Source of the DNA: an uncultured virus (IMG/VR IMGVR_UViG_3300020469_000014)
Lineage: Duplodnaviria > Heunggongvirae > Uroviricota > Caudoviricetes
Strand: one strand, 5' to 3'
Length of the DNA: 64,000 nucleotides
Virus record (IMG/VR): IMGVR_UViG_3300020469_000014
Location: 1-64,000 of that record
Shown here: piece after piece, positions 39,655 through 48,231 of the stretch
Position numbering within the stretch: position 1 is the stretch's first letter
Layout of the letters: every line of letters begins with the position of its first letter
Notes under the pieces: model-generated
The model's input: the letters and a program-made list of their open reading frames with translations, nothing else
Databases searched by the model: none
Told to the model about the DNA's origin: nothing
Position numbers and translations under genes: made by a program

Positions 39655-40305
39655 TCAAAGGAACTCCTGACTATTACAGGGACCTAGAGGCATATGTTGA
39701 TCATAGGCTTCTCCGTAAACCATGCTGTTGATTGTGATGTCGCCAGCAACGGATATTCTCTTTTCATCTGTTAACCAATGGGGGTAAACCGCATGATAAC
39801 AGTCACTTGGAAAGAGTAATAGATGTCCCTCATTGTATTGTTTTTCTAATTTCCAGTTGACCTTACGAGTCCTACCTACAATATCACTATAGGTAAGTAT
39901 AAAGTCCCCTGCCTCTGGGTGCATAGTATGTGGAACATGTTGTTCCTCTTGTGAATGATAAGGTATATTCAACCATGCCACAAAAGAAAACACTGAGTCA
40001 TGATTATGTAATGCTTGATATTGTCCCCTACCAGTTTTATTCACCCAGAACTTCTGAAAGGTAAGTTCATGTATATGAGTTGTTTTGAGTTTCTCAGGAA
40101 ACCCCCACTCTTCAATATACTCGTTTACTGCTTCGTTTAAAACTTCTTTCTGAAAGCGATTACCATCATCTATAAGCATCCACTGTTGATGTGATTGCTT
40201 TGGTTCATACTTCTCTATTAAAGAGTAGAGAAAATCTGTATGACTCTTTTCCAGTGTAACATCCAGAAACCCATAGTTGGGCGGATTAATCTTTTTGCTC
40301 TTCAT
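39655..40305 (-). CDS. 2OG-Fe(II) oxygenase, TIGR02466-like
   Basis: WVN...HNH...SFV, EG.LLLFPS..YHAV.P...RISVAG. Confidence 0.85.
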   Translation of the reverse strand: MKSKKINPPNYGFLDVTLEKSHTDFLYSLIEKYEPKQSHQQWMLIDDGNRFQKEVLNEAVNEYIEEWGFPEKLKTTHIHELTFQKFWVNKTGRGQYQALHNHDSVFSFVAWLNIPYHSQEEQHVPHTMHPEAGDFILTYSDIVGRTRKVNWKLEKQYNEGHLLLFPSDCYHAVYPHWLTDEKRISVAGDITINSMVYGEAYDQHMPLGPCNSQEFL

Positions 40306-40456
40306 TCTTAATCACTCGTATCTCTTCATGACGCAGAGAATCATCAGGATAGTGTTTAAAATATTCTGTTAAGTAATCCAGTTTATGTTTAATATCGCCT
40401 TCGGGAATATCTCTCATAATTTGAGACTCCCCAATATACACATTATAAGTATTCAT
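40286..40456 (-). CDS. Hypothetical protein
   Basis: ORF track 40286..40471; ATG at 40456 preferred. Confidence 0.6.
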   Translation of the reverse strand: MNTYNVYIGESQIMRDIPEGDIKHKLDYLTEYFKHYPDDSLRHEEIRVIKNEEQKD

Positions 40457-40610
40457 CTTCCCATTCAGCAAGCATATCCTCTAAGTCTTTGCGAATGTCT
40501 GGATGATACAATAAATGTGTGTCGTTCTCTAAGCGGAACTGAACCGATTCGTAGATGTACTCTAGTGCCTTGGCATCCAATTCGACATTCATTTCGTAAG
40601 TTTGTTTCAT
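40443..40610 (-). CDS. Hypothetical protein (55 aa)
   Basis: Manual ORF MKQTYEMNVELDAKALEYIYESVQFRLEND... fills the gap. Confidence 0.65.
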   Translation of the reverse strand: MKQTYEMNVELDAKALEYIYESVQFRLENDTHLLYHPDIRKDLEDMLAEWEDEYL

Positions 40611-40625
40611 TAAGTTATCTATACA

Positions 40626-41108
40626 TTATAATTTTTCACGATACCTTCTACGACCAGTGACTACTTTCTCCATTTGGTTATCACTATAGCGAGTCGTATA
40701 ATATCCCTTACTATCTAAGAGTTTCGCAGAGTCGTCCAACGCGGTAATTTTTTGAACCATAACGATTGTAAATAACTGATCAATCTTAGTGACTAACCAT
40801 AAGTCTTTCCTCTTACAGTTTAAGAAAGTATTCAGAGCATCAACGCCGCCGCCTATAGACTCTGTAGTAATATGATTCGCGTTACTATGTGCTGCAACAA
40901 TTACTACATCATGAGTGCCATCGAACTTATCACATTCATCTGACACTACTTCCCAGAAGTCATATGCAGAGAAATAGTCATATACCTTTCTAAGTCTGAG
41001 ATTAGCCTTCTTTGCATATGGACATCTACTCATGCCATTAGAAGTGGGTTCCTGTAGATGAGCAATCCAATCATCGGTAAAGTCCTCCAAGTTATCAAGA
41101 GGGTGCAT
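40626..41108 (-). CDS. Hypothetical protein with CPYA motif
   Basis: 160-aa ORF, W...L..P....SRCPYAK. Confidence 0.75.
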   Translation of the reverse strand: MHPLDNLEDFTDDWIAHLQEPTSNGMSRCPYAKKANLRLRKVYDYFSAYDFWEVVSDECDKFDGTHDVVIVAAHSNANHITTESIGGGVDALNTFLNCKRKDLWLVTKIDQLFTIVMVQKITALDDSAKLLDSKGYYTTRYSDNQMEKVVTGRRRYREKL

Positions 41109-41281
41109 TAGAAAGAACTCTCCTCTAAACTAGTATCTCCCATAATGAGAGAGTACGACAAACTATCTGTATGATAAGACTTATAGATCCTGCCCCAGAT
41201 AATATCAAACTCCTCCTCATCTAGATCCTTAAACAAACACTTGTCATCATAGTATATGTGATAGGTCTTTAATTGTTTCAA
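41108..41281 (-). CDS. Hypothetical protein (57 aa)
   Basis: Manual ORF, TTG start overlapping the previous TGA: KTYHIYYDDKCLFKDLDEEEFDIIW. Confidence 0.65.
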   Translation of the reverse strand: MKQLKTYHIYYDDKCLFKDLDEEEFDIIWGRIYKSYHTDSLSYSLIMGDTSLEESSF

Positions 41282-41421
41282 TTTCTTTTTACCAAGGTAA
41301 ACGATCCATCGTCATTCGGAATCCATTCTAGCGTATCTCCTTCCTTCCAACCAGTCTCTTCGAGAAGTTCATCGGGGAGATTTAGAATACCATCCTCATC
41401 AACTGTTAGGGTATACTTCAT
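41278..41421 (-). CDS. AbrB/MazE/SpoVT-family DNA-binding protein (47 aa)
   Basis: Manual ORF MKYTLTVDEDGILNLPDELLEETGWKEGDTLEWIPNDDGSFTLVKRN; LP..L....GW.EGD.L swapped-hairpin signature. Confidence 0.75.
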   Translation of the reverse strand: MKYTLTVDEDGILNLPDELLEETGWKEGDTLEWIPNDDGSFTLVKRN

Positions 41422-41423
41422 AT

Positions 41424-41708
41424 TCAATCAAAGGAGATTCCTTCCTCATCAGGGAGATTATGTAGTCTAGTCTCAACCCAGTGCTCCTTGTTATCAATCC
41501 TAGCTGCCTCAACATACCTCATGATATGTACATCCACTTGCTTATAGACATCATGCAAGTCAATATCCATCCGAATGTCATGTGCAATCTCTGCTACCTG
41601 CTTCTCTGTCAAACAATGATCTGGATGAAGAAGATCACAACAGGGGATACGCTTCTCAATTAACTGATTAATGTTAATGCGAATTTCGTAATCGTTGTAT
41701 ACGGCCAT
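41424..41708 (-). CDS. Hypothetical protein
   Basis: 94-aa ORF with AGGAG and a sigma70 promoter upstream. Confidence 0.75.
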   Translation of the reverse strand: MAVYNDYEIRININQLIEKRIPCCDLLHPDHCLTEKQVAEIAHDIRMDIDLHDVYKQVDVHIMRYVEAARIDNKEHWVETRLHNLPDEEGISFD

Positions 41709-41730
41709 AGTATATGTGTTGTACTCCTAT

Positions 41731-41759
41731 AGTATAACATGACCTATGCCAGTAGTCAA
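41731..41759 (-). promoter_or_regulatory. Sigma70-type promoter
   Basis: TTGACT-17-TATACT. Confidence 0.75.
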
Positions 41760-41875
41760 CCTATGAGGGCATTTTTATATACTGGAATTTTTTTAAATAC
41801 GAATAATATATAGCTCTCGATTCTGGCTCGTTGTAGGTTAGGGACTTATCGGTTTTTATAACCCGCTAATAATAT

Positions 41876-41919
41876 AAAGAAAACCCTGGCATATCCGCCA
41901 GCAGCAGGGGGTCTCCCCC
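41876..41919 (-). terminator. Terminator hairpin(s) after the last early gene
   Basis: Minus strand GGGGG-aga-CCCCC then CTGGC-ggatat-GCCAG-ggTTTTCTTT. Confidence 0.55.
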
Positions 41920-42129
41920 TTAGACTGCCTTTGCTGCTTTGTTACCTGTGCCGATGCTCGCAGCGTGTGTTGCCATTCCAGCGTGCATGAAACTGCCTTT
42001 GGGTGCTGCATTGCTCCAAGCACGCCTAGCGGCAGTGGCACCAGCGTTAGAGCGCTTGAGCACTGTATAGGTGATTACTCTGCCAGTGCTGGTCTTTAAG
42101 CGTGTCTGCTGTTTGATGTTGTTTGCCAT
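41920..42129 (-). CDS. Small basic early protein (69 aa)
   Basis: ATG at 42129 follows the AACAACAAACAAG leader; basic, Ala-rich. Confidence 0.7.
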   Translation of the reverse strand: MANNIKQQTRLKTSTGRVITYTVLKRSNAGATAARRAWSNAAPKGSFMHAGMATHAASIGTGNKAAKAV

Positions 42130-42201
42130 GTGTGCTTGTTTGTTGTTGGTCCTATTGTACATTAAAAAAGGGAGCATATCTGCCCCCTGTGTGCCAGTGT
42201 C

Positions 42202-42543
42202 TTAAGCGACTGCCAGTGATACTCCGTTAACGAAATCGGATGTAGCACCAGCACTAGTCACGAACCAGGACCAGTTCTTTTGAAAGACGCCATTCTGTCT
42301 GCCATCTGTGAACTCATTGATCAGAGCGTTTAAGCGTGATTTGGTTGTATTAGACTGCCAACCGCCATCGAAGAGGACCAGAGCATCGTTAGTGATAGTG
42401 GCGATATGATTGCCATGTAGTTTAACTACTGCCTCCATTTGATTTGTATCAGAGTTGAAAGCATTCTCTACAGTAGTATTAGAAGAGCGGAAGTCCTGGC
42501 GTGAACGGATTGCGGTGTTCATTTGAGTTTCGATCTTACGCAT
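42202..42543 (-). CDS. Conserved phage early protein
   Basis: MRKIE..M..AI, LHGNHIA, GGWQSNTTKSRLNAL; cassette upstream. Confidence 0.85.
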   Translation of the reverse strand: MRKIETQMNTAIRSRQDFRSSNTTVENAFNSDTNQMEAVVKLHGNHIATITNDALVLFDGGWQSNTTKSRLNALINEFTDGRQNGVFQKNWSWFVTSAGATSDFVNGVSLAVA

Positions 42544-42648
42544 GATTGTTTGTTTGTTTGTTATGTACTTATTATAATAGCATGGCGGGTCGCTGTCAGC
42601 CAGCTCTGTGCCAGTTCTTCTAGTGGCACACTGAGCGCTTCTGCTTGG

Positions 42649-42676
42649 TTGACATTCTCTGGCAGTGCCCTATAAT
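42649..42676 (+). promoter_or_regulatory. Plus-strand sigma70 promoter with no downstream ORF
   Basis: TTGACA-16-TATAAT. Confidence 0.65.
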
Positions 42677-42849
42677 GGACCTATAAGAGATTCGGGGTAG
42701 GATCTATAAACTATTCGACACTGGTGCTGCTCCGCATTAATTGTTACAGCGTGTTACGGAATACCTATGGCACACTTGACGGGCCTTGTCTACCCTTATG
42801 TTGAGCAATGTGTCTTATGTGTGGTTATGAGGATTCGGGGCATTCTCGG

Positions 42850-42878
42850 TTGACTTATGAGCGTTTCCGTGTTATAAT
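42850..42878 (+). promoter_or_regulatory. Plus-strand sigma70 promoter with no downstream ORF
   Basis: TTGACT-17-TATAAT with extended -10 TG. Confidence 0.65.
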
Positions 42879-43031
42879 GCCCGCTTAGATGTCTATAAGA
42901 TTCACCCTTATTTCGCTTTACTTAGTGATCTCTATACAAAACAGAAGTATATTTAATTAACCTTTTTTAATGATTCTCAAATGATACTTAAAAGAGACAA
43001 TTAGACCCACTAAGTGTAGCAAACTCTCTCC

Positions 43032-43253
43032 TTATAGTTCATCATTTAGTTCATATATCTTTCTCTGAATTTGCTTTAGTTTAGCATAGATACTTCCCTG
43101 TCTATTTGCTACTGGTAGAGCATTGTAATTAGCAAGACTTTCTAATACTAACAACTTGATAAGTGCCATTTCCTCATTATCAAATAGAGGGGCACTTAGC
43201 ATGAGGTTCGCTTCTTTAAGGGTCATACGATTCAACCTCGATTTCGATAGCAT
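43032..43253 (-). CDS. Hypothetical early protein
   Basis: ORF track; start may be 43226. Confidence 0.6.
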   Translation of the reverse strand: MLSKSRLNRMTLKEANLMLSAPLFDNEEMALIKLLVLESLANYNALPVANRQGSIYAKLKQIQRKIYELNDEL

Positions 43254-43362
43254 AGTCTGGGTAAGTTGTCTCTTCTACATTATCATTACTATCCGCTAAT
43301 CTCTGTAGAAATGCTTCACTTGATTCCCTTACAGTTTCTTCGATTGTTATTACTTTATCCAT
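43216..43362 (-). CDS. Small acidic hypothetical protein (48 aa)
   Basis: Manual ORF MDKVITIEETVRESSEAFLQRLADS...; GGAGG upstream. Confidence 0.6.
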   Translation of the reverse strand: MDKVITIEETVRESSEAFLQRLADSNDNVEETTYPDYAIEIEVESYDP

Positions 43363-43569
43363 CTAGACTGCCTCCTTAGTGTTATACTTACTAATGGCAA
43401 TTTGTCCCAGATTCTCAACATATAGAGTCTTAACTCTCTCTCCATTCTTATCATTCAACTCTAGTAGTTTGTTCCAGTTCCAGTTACTTGGCGAAACACA
43501 GTTTGCTTCACTTACTGTAAAGTCTAATGTAACACGATAGCGAGTTACTGATTGTGATTGAGAGTCCAT
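43363..43569 (-). CDS. Hypothetical early protein
   Basis: RYRVTLDF...P.NWNW..LL motif; TTGACA-17-TAGAAT promoter at about 43597-43625. Confidence 0.75.
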   Translation of the reverse strand: MDSQSQSVTRYRVTLDFTVSEANCVSPSNWNWNKLLELNDKNGERVKTLYVENLGQIAISKYNTKEAV

Positions 43570-43755
43570 AAGAATGAGAGTGGTGGATTACATTTAATTC
43601 TACCAGATATTGCACTAATTGTCAACCAGTGGACGATATTTCCTCTACTACATTGTTATTTAGTGGGGAAACATTGACGATGATTGTGATTACTTAAGCA
43701 CGCTTATATAAAAAAATTCGGGCGTTCGCCTCTAAGGGACTAGGAACTATGTAAT

Positions 43756-43863
43756 ACTAATAAAGACGAATTACTCTTATTAGTTTACAACTAGTGGTCT
43801 TACTAAGTGATTAACAAACAACTCACTTATGCCACTAAGTATAGCGATTAAAGACGATTAATC
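43756..43863. other. Non-coding triple-hairpin element
   Basis: ACTAATAA/TTATTAGT, TAGTGG..TAAGTGA/TCACTTA..CCACTA and GATTAA/TTAATC stems. Confidence 0.5.
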
Positions 43864-43881
43864 ACTCATTAGAACTGTCAT

Positions 43882-44016
43882 TCACCTCTTTTTCTTTTTG
43901 GACTGTTTAACCATCTTGTTAAACTTCTTTGATTGACTGGGTGACATACCACAAAAATAGTTCAGTAGATTGCCTTCATACTGGTCAGCAATGTTTGAAA
44001 GTTCGTTATCCATCAT
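43882..44016 (-). CDS. Small hypothetical protein (44 aa)
   Basis: Manual ORF MMDNELSNIADQYEGNLLNYFCG...; ATGA coupling. Confidence 0.6.
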   Translation of the reverse strand: MMDNELSNIADQYEGNLLNYFCGMSPSQSKKFNKMVKQSKKKKR

Positions 44017-44177
44017 TGTGCTAAACTCTCAAAACGCTTCATCGCAAGTTTAATTGCTTCCTCATCGATTTGATCAATAGTGACGATTTGTCCTTTATAA
44101 CGATAAAAGTTTTCAATTTCTTCTAGTGACTCCTCATAAAGTGTTTCAAGTAATTCATCATTAACAGCGCAACTCAT
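44013..44177 (-). CDS. Small hypothetical protein (54 aa)
   Basis: Manual ORF MSCAVNDELLETLYEE...AMKRFE. Confidence 0.65.
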   Translation of the reverse strand: MSCAVNDELLETLYEESLEEIENFYRYKGQIVTIDQIDEEAIKLAMKRFESLAQ

Positions 44178-44312
44178 TTAATTTTCCTCATAGATAGGGG
44201 CGAACAATTGATAGTAAAGGTCATTCATGAGACCGAATTCAAACGAAGTGGAAGCGTGCTCCTCATCAACACCTTCCCAACACTTCATAATTTCAGTGTA
44301 AGTATCTTCCAT
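44178..44312 (-). CDS. Small hypothetical protein (44 aa)
   Basis: Manual ORF MEDTYTEIMKCWEGVDE...; TAATG coupling. Confidence 0.6.
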   Translation of the reverse strand: MEDTYTEIMKCWEGVDEEHASTSFEFGLMNDLYYQLFAPIYEEN

Positions 44313-44530
44313 TATAGACACTCACTAGGTGCGAAACCGATAGAAGCGATAGCATTATCAAGCGCAACTCTATCAAGGTCAGGATCATCAAAATCAACGC
44401 CTGCAGCGTGATCTACACCCCACTCGAGCACCTCATCACAAAAATCTGAGAAATCTTTGCATACCCAAGCAACATTTTCAAAGTTTTCTACTTCTTTGAT
44501 TCTGTTAATTAATCTGTCTGTTTTAGTCAT
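44312..44530 (-). CDS. Hypothetical early protein
   Basis: ATG at 44530 directly after the AACAAAC leader; EWGVDHAAGVDFDD. Confidence 0.75.
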   Translation of the reverse strand: MTKTDRLINRIKEVENFENVAWVCKDFSDFCDEVLEWGVDHAAGVDFDDPDLDRVALDNAIASIGFAPSECL

Positions 44531-44616
44531 GTTTGTTTGTTTGTTTGTTATACTATTATTATAGGGCATTGAGATTGAATATCAACCCCACTTGTGCCAG
44601 TTTGATTAGTGGCACA

Positions 44617-44856
44617 CTATCGGTTGACTTTCTCCAAGTCACTTAGATAGCATTCCACTGTATGAAACTCATAGTCATTAATGTAAGTTTTAATAACAGC
44701 GTAGTCTCTACTTCTATCCAATAAAACTACATCACCTTCTAGATCATCATGTACGAGCGATTTAACACTAGTGCCTAGTTTGATGTTTGCTGTTACATCT
44801 TGACCAATTTTAAGAACATCTTTTTTACATAGTTCTTTGTATTCTTGAATTGTCAT
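44617..44856 (-). CDS. Hypothetical early protein
   Basis: ORF track; ATG at 44856 coupled to upstream TAA. Confidence 0.7.
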   Translation of the reverse strand: MTIQEYKELCKKDVLKIGQDVTANIKLGTSVKSLVHDDLEGDVVLLDRSRDYAVIKTYINDYEFHTVECYLSDLEKVNR

Positions 44857-45017
44857 TATAGTTGATTCTCCCATACTGTTGATTTAAAACGTCTCACTGC
44901 TTTGTCTAACAGTTTAATATCACCATCGCAGATATCAGCGGCAGACTCATCCTCTACATGAGAGAATGAATTGTTGATATCACCTATGAGAGTGAGTAAT
45001 GCTTCGTAATTAGTCAT
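44856..45017 (-). CDS. Small hypothetical protein (53 aa)
   Basis: Manual ORF MTNYEALLTLIGDINNSF... after the cassette leader. Confidence 0.7.
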   Translation of the reverse strand: MTNYEALLTLIGDINNSFSHVEDESAADICDGDIKLLDKAVRRFKSTVWENQL

Positions 45018-45056
45018 AGTTGTTTGTTTGTTATACTACTATTATAGTCGATCGAA

Positions 45057-45329
45057 CTAGAATTTAGTCCTTGATTGTGCCACTTTAGCGATTGTCCTAC
45101 TATTCATAAACTGAGCAGGTCTCTTTGTATTACATGTAACAGCATAATTCATATCAAGTAAAATATCAATTTCTTCCGCCATGTTAAACACGTTGATTGC
45201 TTCATTTTCGACTGTCTTACCTTTATAGGTAACCACCTTCAATCTAGTAAGGTTACTAACTTTATTTTGTCCATCTTTGACTTCATAATAGTCAACAACT
45301 GTGTTTAGGTTATCAGATTGAAATTGCAT
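45057..45329 (-). CDS. Hypothetical early protein
   Basis: 90-aa ORF after a cassette. Confidence 0.75.
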   Translation of the reverse strand: MQFQSDNLNTVVDYYEVKDGQNKVSNLTRLKVVTYKGKTVENEAINVFNMAEEIDILLDMNYAVTCNTKRPAQFMNSRTIAKVAQSRTKF

Positions 45330-45429
45330 GATGTTCTTTGTTTGTTATACTATCATTATAGGGCACTGATATGCAATAACAACACTTAGTGTGCCACTAA
45401 TCAAACTGGCACACTGTTGGTTGATTATA

Positions 45430-45678
45430 TCACCAATCTGGGGTAGGTTGCTTTGCCTGTGCTTTTTCGACCTTATCATAGTATTTGTCAACTGAACCCT
45501 CTAAGATTTCAAAGATAGTATCAACTTCATTTACATAATCATCAAATGGTTCTAATAATTGACCTTTAACTCTGTCCGCTCTGTAATGCTCACTCTTTTT
45601 AACACTATCCTCAAGTGAGCATAGGATAACACCTATTTGTGCTTCGGTTAGTGTGACTTTGTATAGTGTATTATTCAT
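45430..45678 (-). CDS. Hypothetical early protein
   Basis: ORF track; ATG at 45678 preferred. Confidence 0.7.
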   Translation of the reverse strand: MNNTLYKVTLTEAQIGVILCSLEDSVKKSEHYRADRVKGQLLEPFDDYVNEVDTIFEILEGSVDKYYDKVEKAQAKQPTPDW

Positions 45679-45943
45679 GGATCCAGTTTCCTTGCTCATC
45701 ATAATCTCCTTCAGTAATAGATTCTAATCCATATGGATCACTATCAATAACGACTGATTGTAAACCTTTATAATCACGTCCCTGTAAACGATAGACTTCT
45801 TTCTGTTGTCTCATATCTCGATCGAGTCTATAACATAATTCTGCATTTAGTGCCATTAATTGACGTTTATCATCACTATGTTCAGAATAATGAAAGTTCA
45901 TACACTCTAACATGTATTCAAGTTCAATAATAGTAAATTTCAT
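45671..45943 (-). CDS. Hypothetical early protein
   Basis: ORF track; ATG at 45943 with GGAGG. Confidence 0.7.
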   Translation of the reverse strand: MKFTIIELEYMLECMNFHYSEHSDDKRQLMALNAELCYRLDRDMRQQKEVYRLQGRDYKGLQSVVIDSDPYGLESITEGDYDEQGNWIHE

Positions 45944-45944
45944 T

Positions 45945-46121
45945 TTAGTAGTCTCCTCCATATATTTCTTCCATCAACTCATCATAAAGTTTCTTTAGTT
46001 TAGTTGCTGTAATACTCTTTGCTTTATCATTAATTTTCTCTTCTGTCTTATCATCAAAATTCTTAGCAAGATCTTTGATCTCTTTGATGTAATAACGACA
46101 GTCTGATCTTGTTATGGTCAT
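45945..46121 (-). CDS. Small hypothetical protein (58 aa)
   Basis: Manual ORF MTITRSDCRYYIKEIKDLAKNF... after the cassette leader. Confidence 0.7.
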   Translation of the reverse strand: MTITRSDCRYYIKEIKDLAKNFDDKTEEKINDKAKSITATKLKKLYDELMEEIYGGDY

Positions 46122-46192
46122 AGATTTGTTTGTTTGTTATACTACTATTATAGTAGCATGAGATTCAATAACAACCACGACTATGCCAGTAA

Positions 46193-46363
46193 TTAAACTG
46201 GCACATCATAGGTTGATTTATTTTTAAGAACATGCCAATATTCTTCATAAGATAGAGTTTCTTCTTTATCTGTATCGGTATTGAGTACAATATCAAAAGG
46301 ATAAAAAGCATAATATCTCATATGATCATCAACATACTCTTTGATTTGTTTATACTTAGTCAT
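46193..46363 (-). CDS. Hypothetical early protein
   Basis: ATG at 46363 (MTKYKQIKEYV...YAFYPFD). Confidence 0.7.
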   Translation of the reverse strand: MTKYKQIKEYVDDHMRYYAFYPFDIVLNTDTDKEETLSYEEYWHVLKNKSTYDVPV

Positions 46364-46589
46364 CAGAACACCCCTTGATAACGCTTTGTATAGTATCGGT
46401 AAAATCCTCATCAAAGAATTCTTCGATCTCTACCATAGCATCATTAAATGAATGGTCATCTATCCATTTTTGCATATCTTGAGCAACATATACAACTAAA
46501 TCCTCGACTGACATTCCATCAACGACTCGATCGATATAACGCTCTTTAAGAGCATTGAATTGTTTGTCTGTTAGTTTTGTTTTGTTCAT
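46356..46589 (-). CDS. Hypothetical early protein
   Basis: ATG at 46589; Y.DRVVDGMS.EDL motif. Confidence 0.7.
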   Translation of the reverse strand: MNKTKLTDKQFNALKERYIDRVVDGMSVEDLVVYVAQDMQKWIDDHSFNDAMVEIEEFFDEDFTDTIQSVIKGCSDD

Positions 46590-46593
46590 AGTG

Positions 46594-46797
46594 TTAATCA
46601 TGGATGATAGAATCAAAAATTGTGTCATCATTAGGGAACTCATTTACCTTAGCAATTGCTGCTGCGGCAACCATGTTCCAGACCTTTTGTCCTGACATTT
46701 TCTGATCTTGACAATGGAAAGCAACTGTATCCTCTAAGAGTTCAAGCACTTCCATTGACTCATTAAAGAGTTTTTCGTATTCTACAGGGTTCATCAT
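46594..46797 (-). CDS. Hypothetical early protein
   Basis: LEDTVAFHC.....SGQKVW motif. Confidence 0.7.
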   Translation of the reverse strand: MMNPVEYEKLFNESMEVLELLEDTVAFHCQDQKMSGQKVWNMVAAAAIAKVNEFPNDDTIFDSIIHD

Positions 46798-47027
46798 ACA
46801 GTCCTCACGAATAGTTTTGAAATGCGATCGTCAATTTCATTGACTCTCTCATAAACTGATCTGCCTTCGATCAATTCATCTTCTTGCATACTGTCATCAT
46901 CATAACAACGATAATCTTCAAGTGCATTTGAAATAGTGTCCCATTCTCCATCAGTGAAAAATGAGCGAATTGTTTGTAGTTGGTCAAAAGAGAAGTCTCT
47001 AACCAGTGATCCTTGACGATTCATCAT
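46794..47027 (-). CDS. Hypothetical early protein
   Basis: FFTD.EWD.I..AL motif; cassette upstream. Confidence 0.75.
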   Translation of the reverse strand: MMNRQGSLVRDFSFDQLQTIRSFFTDGEWDTISNALEDYRCYDDDSMQEDELIEGRSVYERVNEIDDRISKLFVRTV

Positions 47028-47101
47028 AAAGTTTGTTTGTTTGTTATACTATCATTATAGGGCAGTGACTCAAAGAATCAACCGCCCTTGTGCCAGTTTG
47101 T

Positions 47102-47404
47102 CTACTGGTCTAATGCCCATAGACTTCCACCATCAAAATCGGTAGGGTATCCATAGTTTCTAACTAACATATCTCTAACTCTTTCTCTGTCAAGTGAATC
47201 ACCATCGCCCCAAGTGAATCTATCATTATCCAAATCAGATATCACTTGTAAGTAATCTTCCGTAGCAAGTGTAATGTCACCTTTAGTAACATTCATTTGA
47301 TAAAGTGCATCATCAGCACCATAGAATGAAAAGACATAATCAATAAACTCATCAAGTTGATTGATGTCATATTTTGATTTTCCGATAGCAACGATAGAAG
47401 TCAT
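47102..47404 (-). CDS. Conserved phage early protein
   Basis: FIDYVFSFYG...GDSLDRERVRD; cassette upstream. Confidence 0.8.
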   Translation of the reverse strand: MTSIVAIGKSKYDINQLDEFIDYVFSFYGADDALYQMNVTKGDITLATEDYLQVISDLDNDRFTWGDGDSLDRERVRDMLVRNYGYPTDFDGGSLWALDQ

Positions 47405-47476
47405 AAACCTGTTTGTTTGTTATACTATCATTATAGGGCAGTGATATTGAATATCAACCGCCCTTGTGCCACTTAT

Positions 47477-47671
47477 TCAACTGTCACTAGGTACAACCAT
47501 TTGTGGGATTCCATCTTGAATATCCGCTAAGTGTCCTAGTTTATGACGAATTTTCCTAAAATTAACGTCAAAATCATCGCTCAACTTGTCAGTAACCCTA
47601 CAAGGCGTACCTAAGATAAGTTGAAGCAGAGCGTCACACTCTGCTGCGGTTAGATTTGGGTCATTCATCAT
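47477..47671 (-). CDS. Hypothetical early protein
   Basis: 64-aa ORF, ATGA coupling. Confidence 0.7.
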   Translation of the reverse strand: MMNDPNLTAAECDALLQLILGTPCRVTDKLSDDFDVNFRKIRHKLGHLADIQDGIPQMVVPSDS

Positions 47672-48150
47672 GCTACCTCGTATAATTCTTTTGGATAATC
47701 AGCAGGGATAGTTTCTTTGATAGGTTTGAATGTATCGTTGAAATCTTTAGTCTCTTTGTTCCAAAAACTGAGACCATAACACTCTAGAGTTCCGTCAAGT
47801 TCCTTGACGTAAGCATACTCTCCACAACACTTGTCAGTATCCTCAAAGAAGTGAGAGATAGTTTTGTGAAGTTTAGGAGCATTATCATCCATAGACTCAC
47901 CTCGCTCTGTATAATAGCAAGGTTTGTACTCTCTACCTTCTAACTCTTCGGGTTCCTTAAGATCCCAACCTGAGTTAGTATAGCAACAACTCATGTTACC
48001 ACCATCAATAAGTTCAGCGAATTGGTCTCTAGTATCATAGTGCTTGTTGAGAGTAACTCCCAACCACTGTGGATAACCATCCCAGTGATGATATACTGAA
48101 AGGATTGAACCATCAGCAAGGCGAAGTCCGATTCTTGAATTTGTTGACAT
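47668..48150 (-). CDS. Conserved phage early protein (YxHWDGYP family)
   Basis: MSTNSRIG...SVYHHWDGYP.WLG..L...ELIDGG.MS, EYAY. Confidence 0.85.
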   Translation of the reverse strand: MSTNSRIGLRLADGSILSVYHHWDGYPQWLGVTLNKHYDTRDQFAELIDGGNMSCCYTNSGWDLKEPEELEGREYKPCYYTERGESMDDNAPKLHKTISHFFEDTDKCCGEYAYVKELDGTLECYGLSFWNKETKDFNDTFKPIKETIPADYPKELYEVA

Positions 48151-48231
48151 AGTGTGTTGTTTGTTTGTTATGTACTTATTATAGTGTGGTGGGAATGGAA
48201 ATCAACCACCTGTGTGCCACTAATCTAAGTG

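Noticed and set aside
338..39731. Many 60-180-aa plus-strand ORFs and short off-frame minus-strand ORFs
   Set aside because: Antisense or frame shadows of long genes with biased codon use; no RBS, promoter or motifs. Only 700..4461 is an outlier in length.
41856..42041. 61-aa minus-strand ORF
   Set aside because: Alternative frame of 41920..42129, which has the leader and promoter; it also runs through the terminator.
44570..44616. TGGCAC as a sigma54 -24 box, or the palindrome as a CRP/NtcA site
   Set aside because: No TTGC at the required distance, and cyanobacteria lack sigma54; half-site and spacing differ from TGTGA-N6-TCACA and GTA-N8-TAC.
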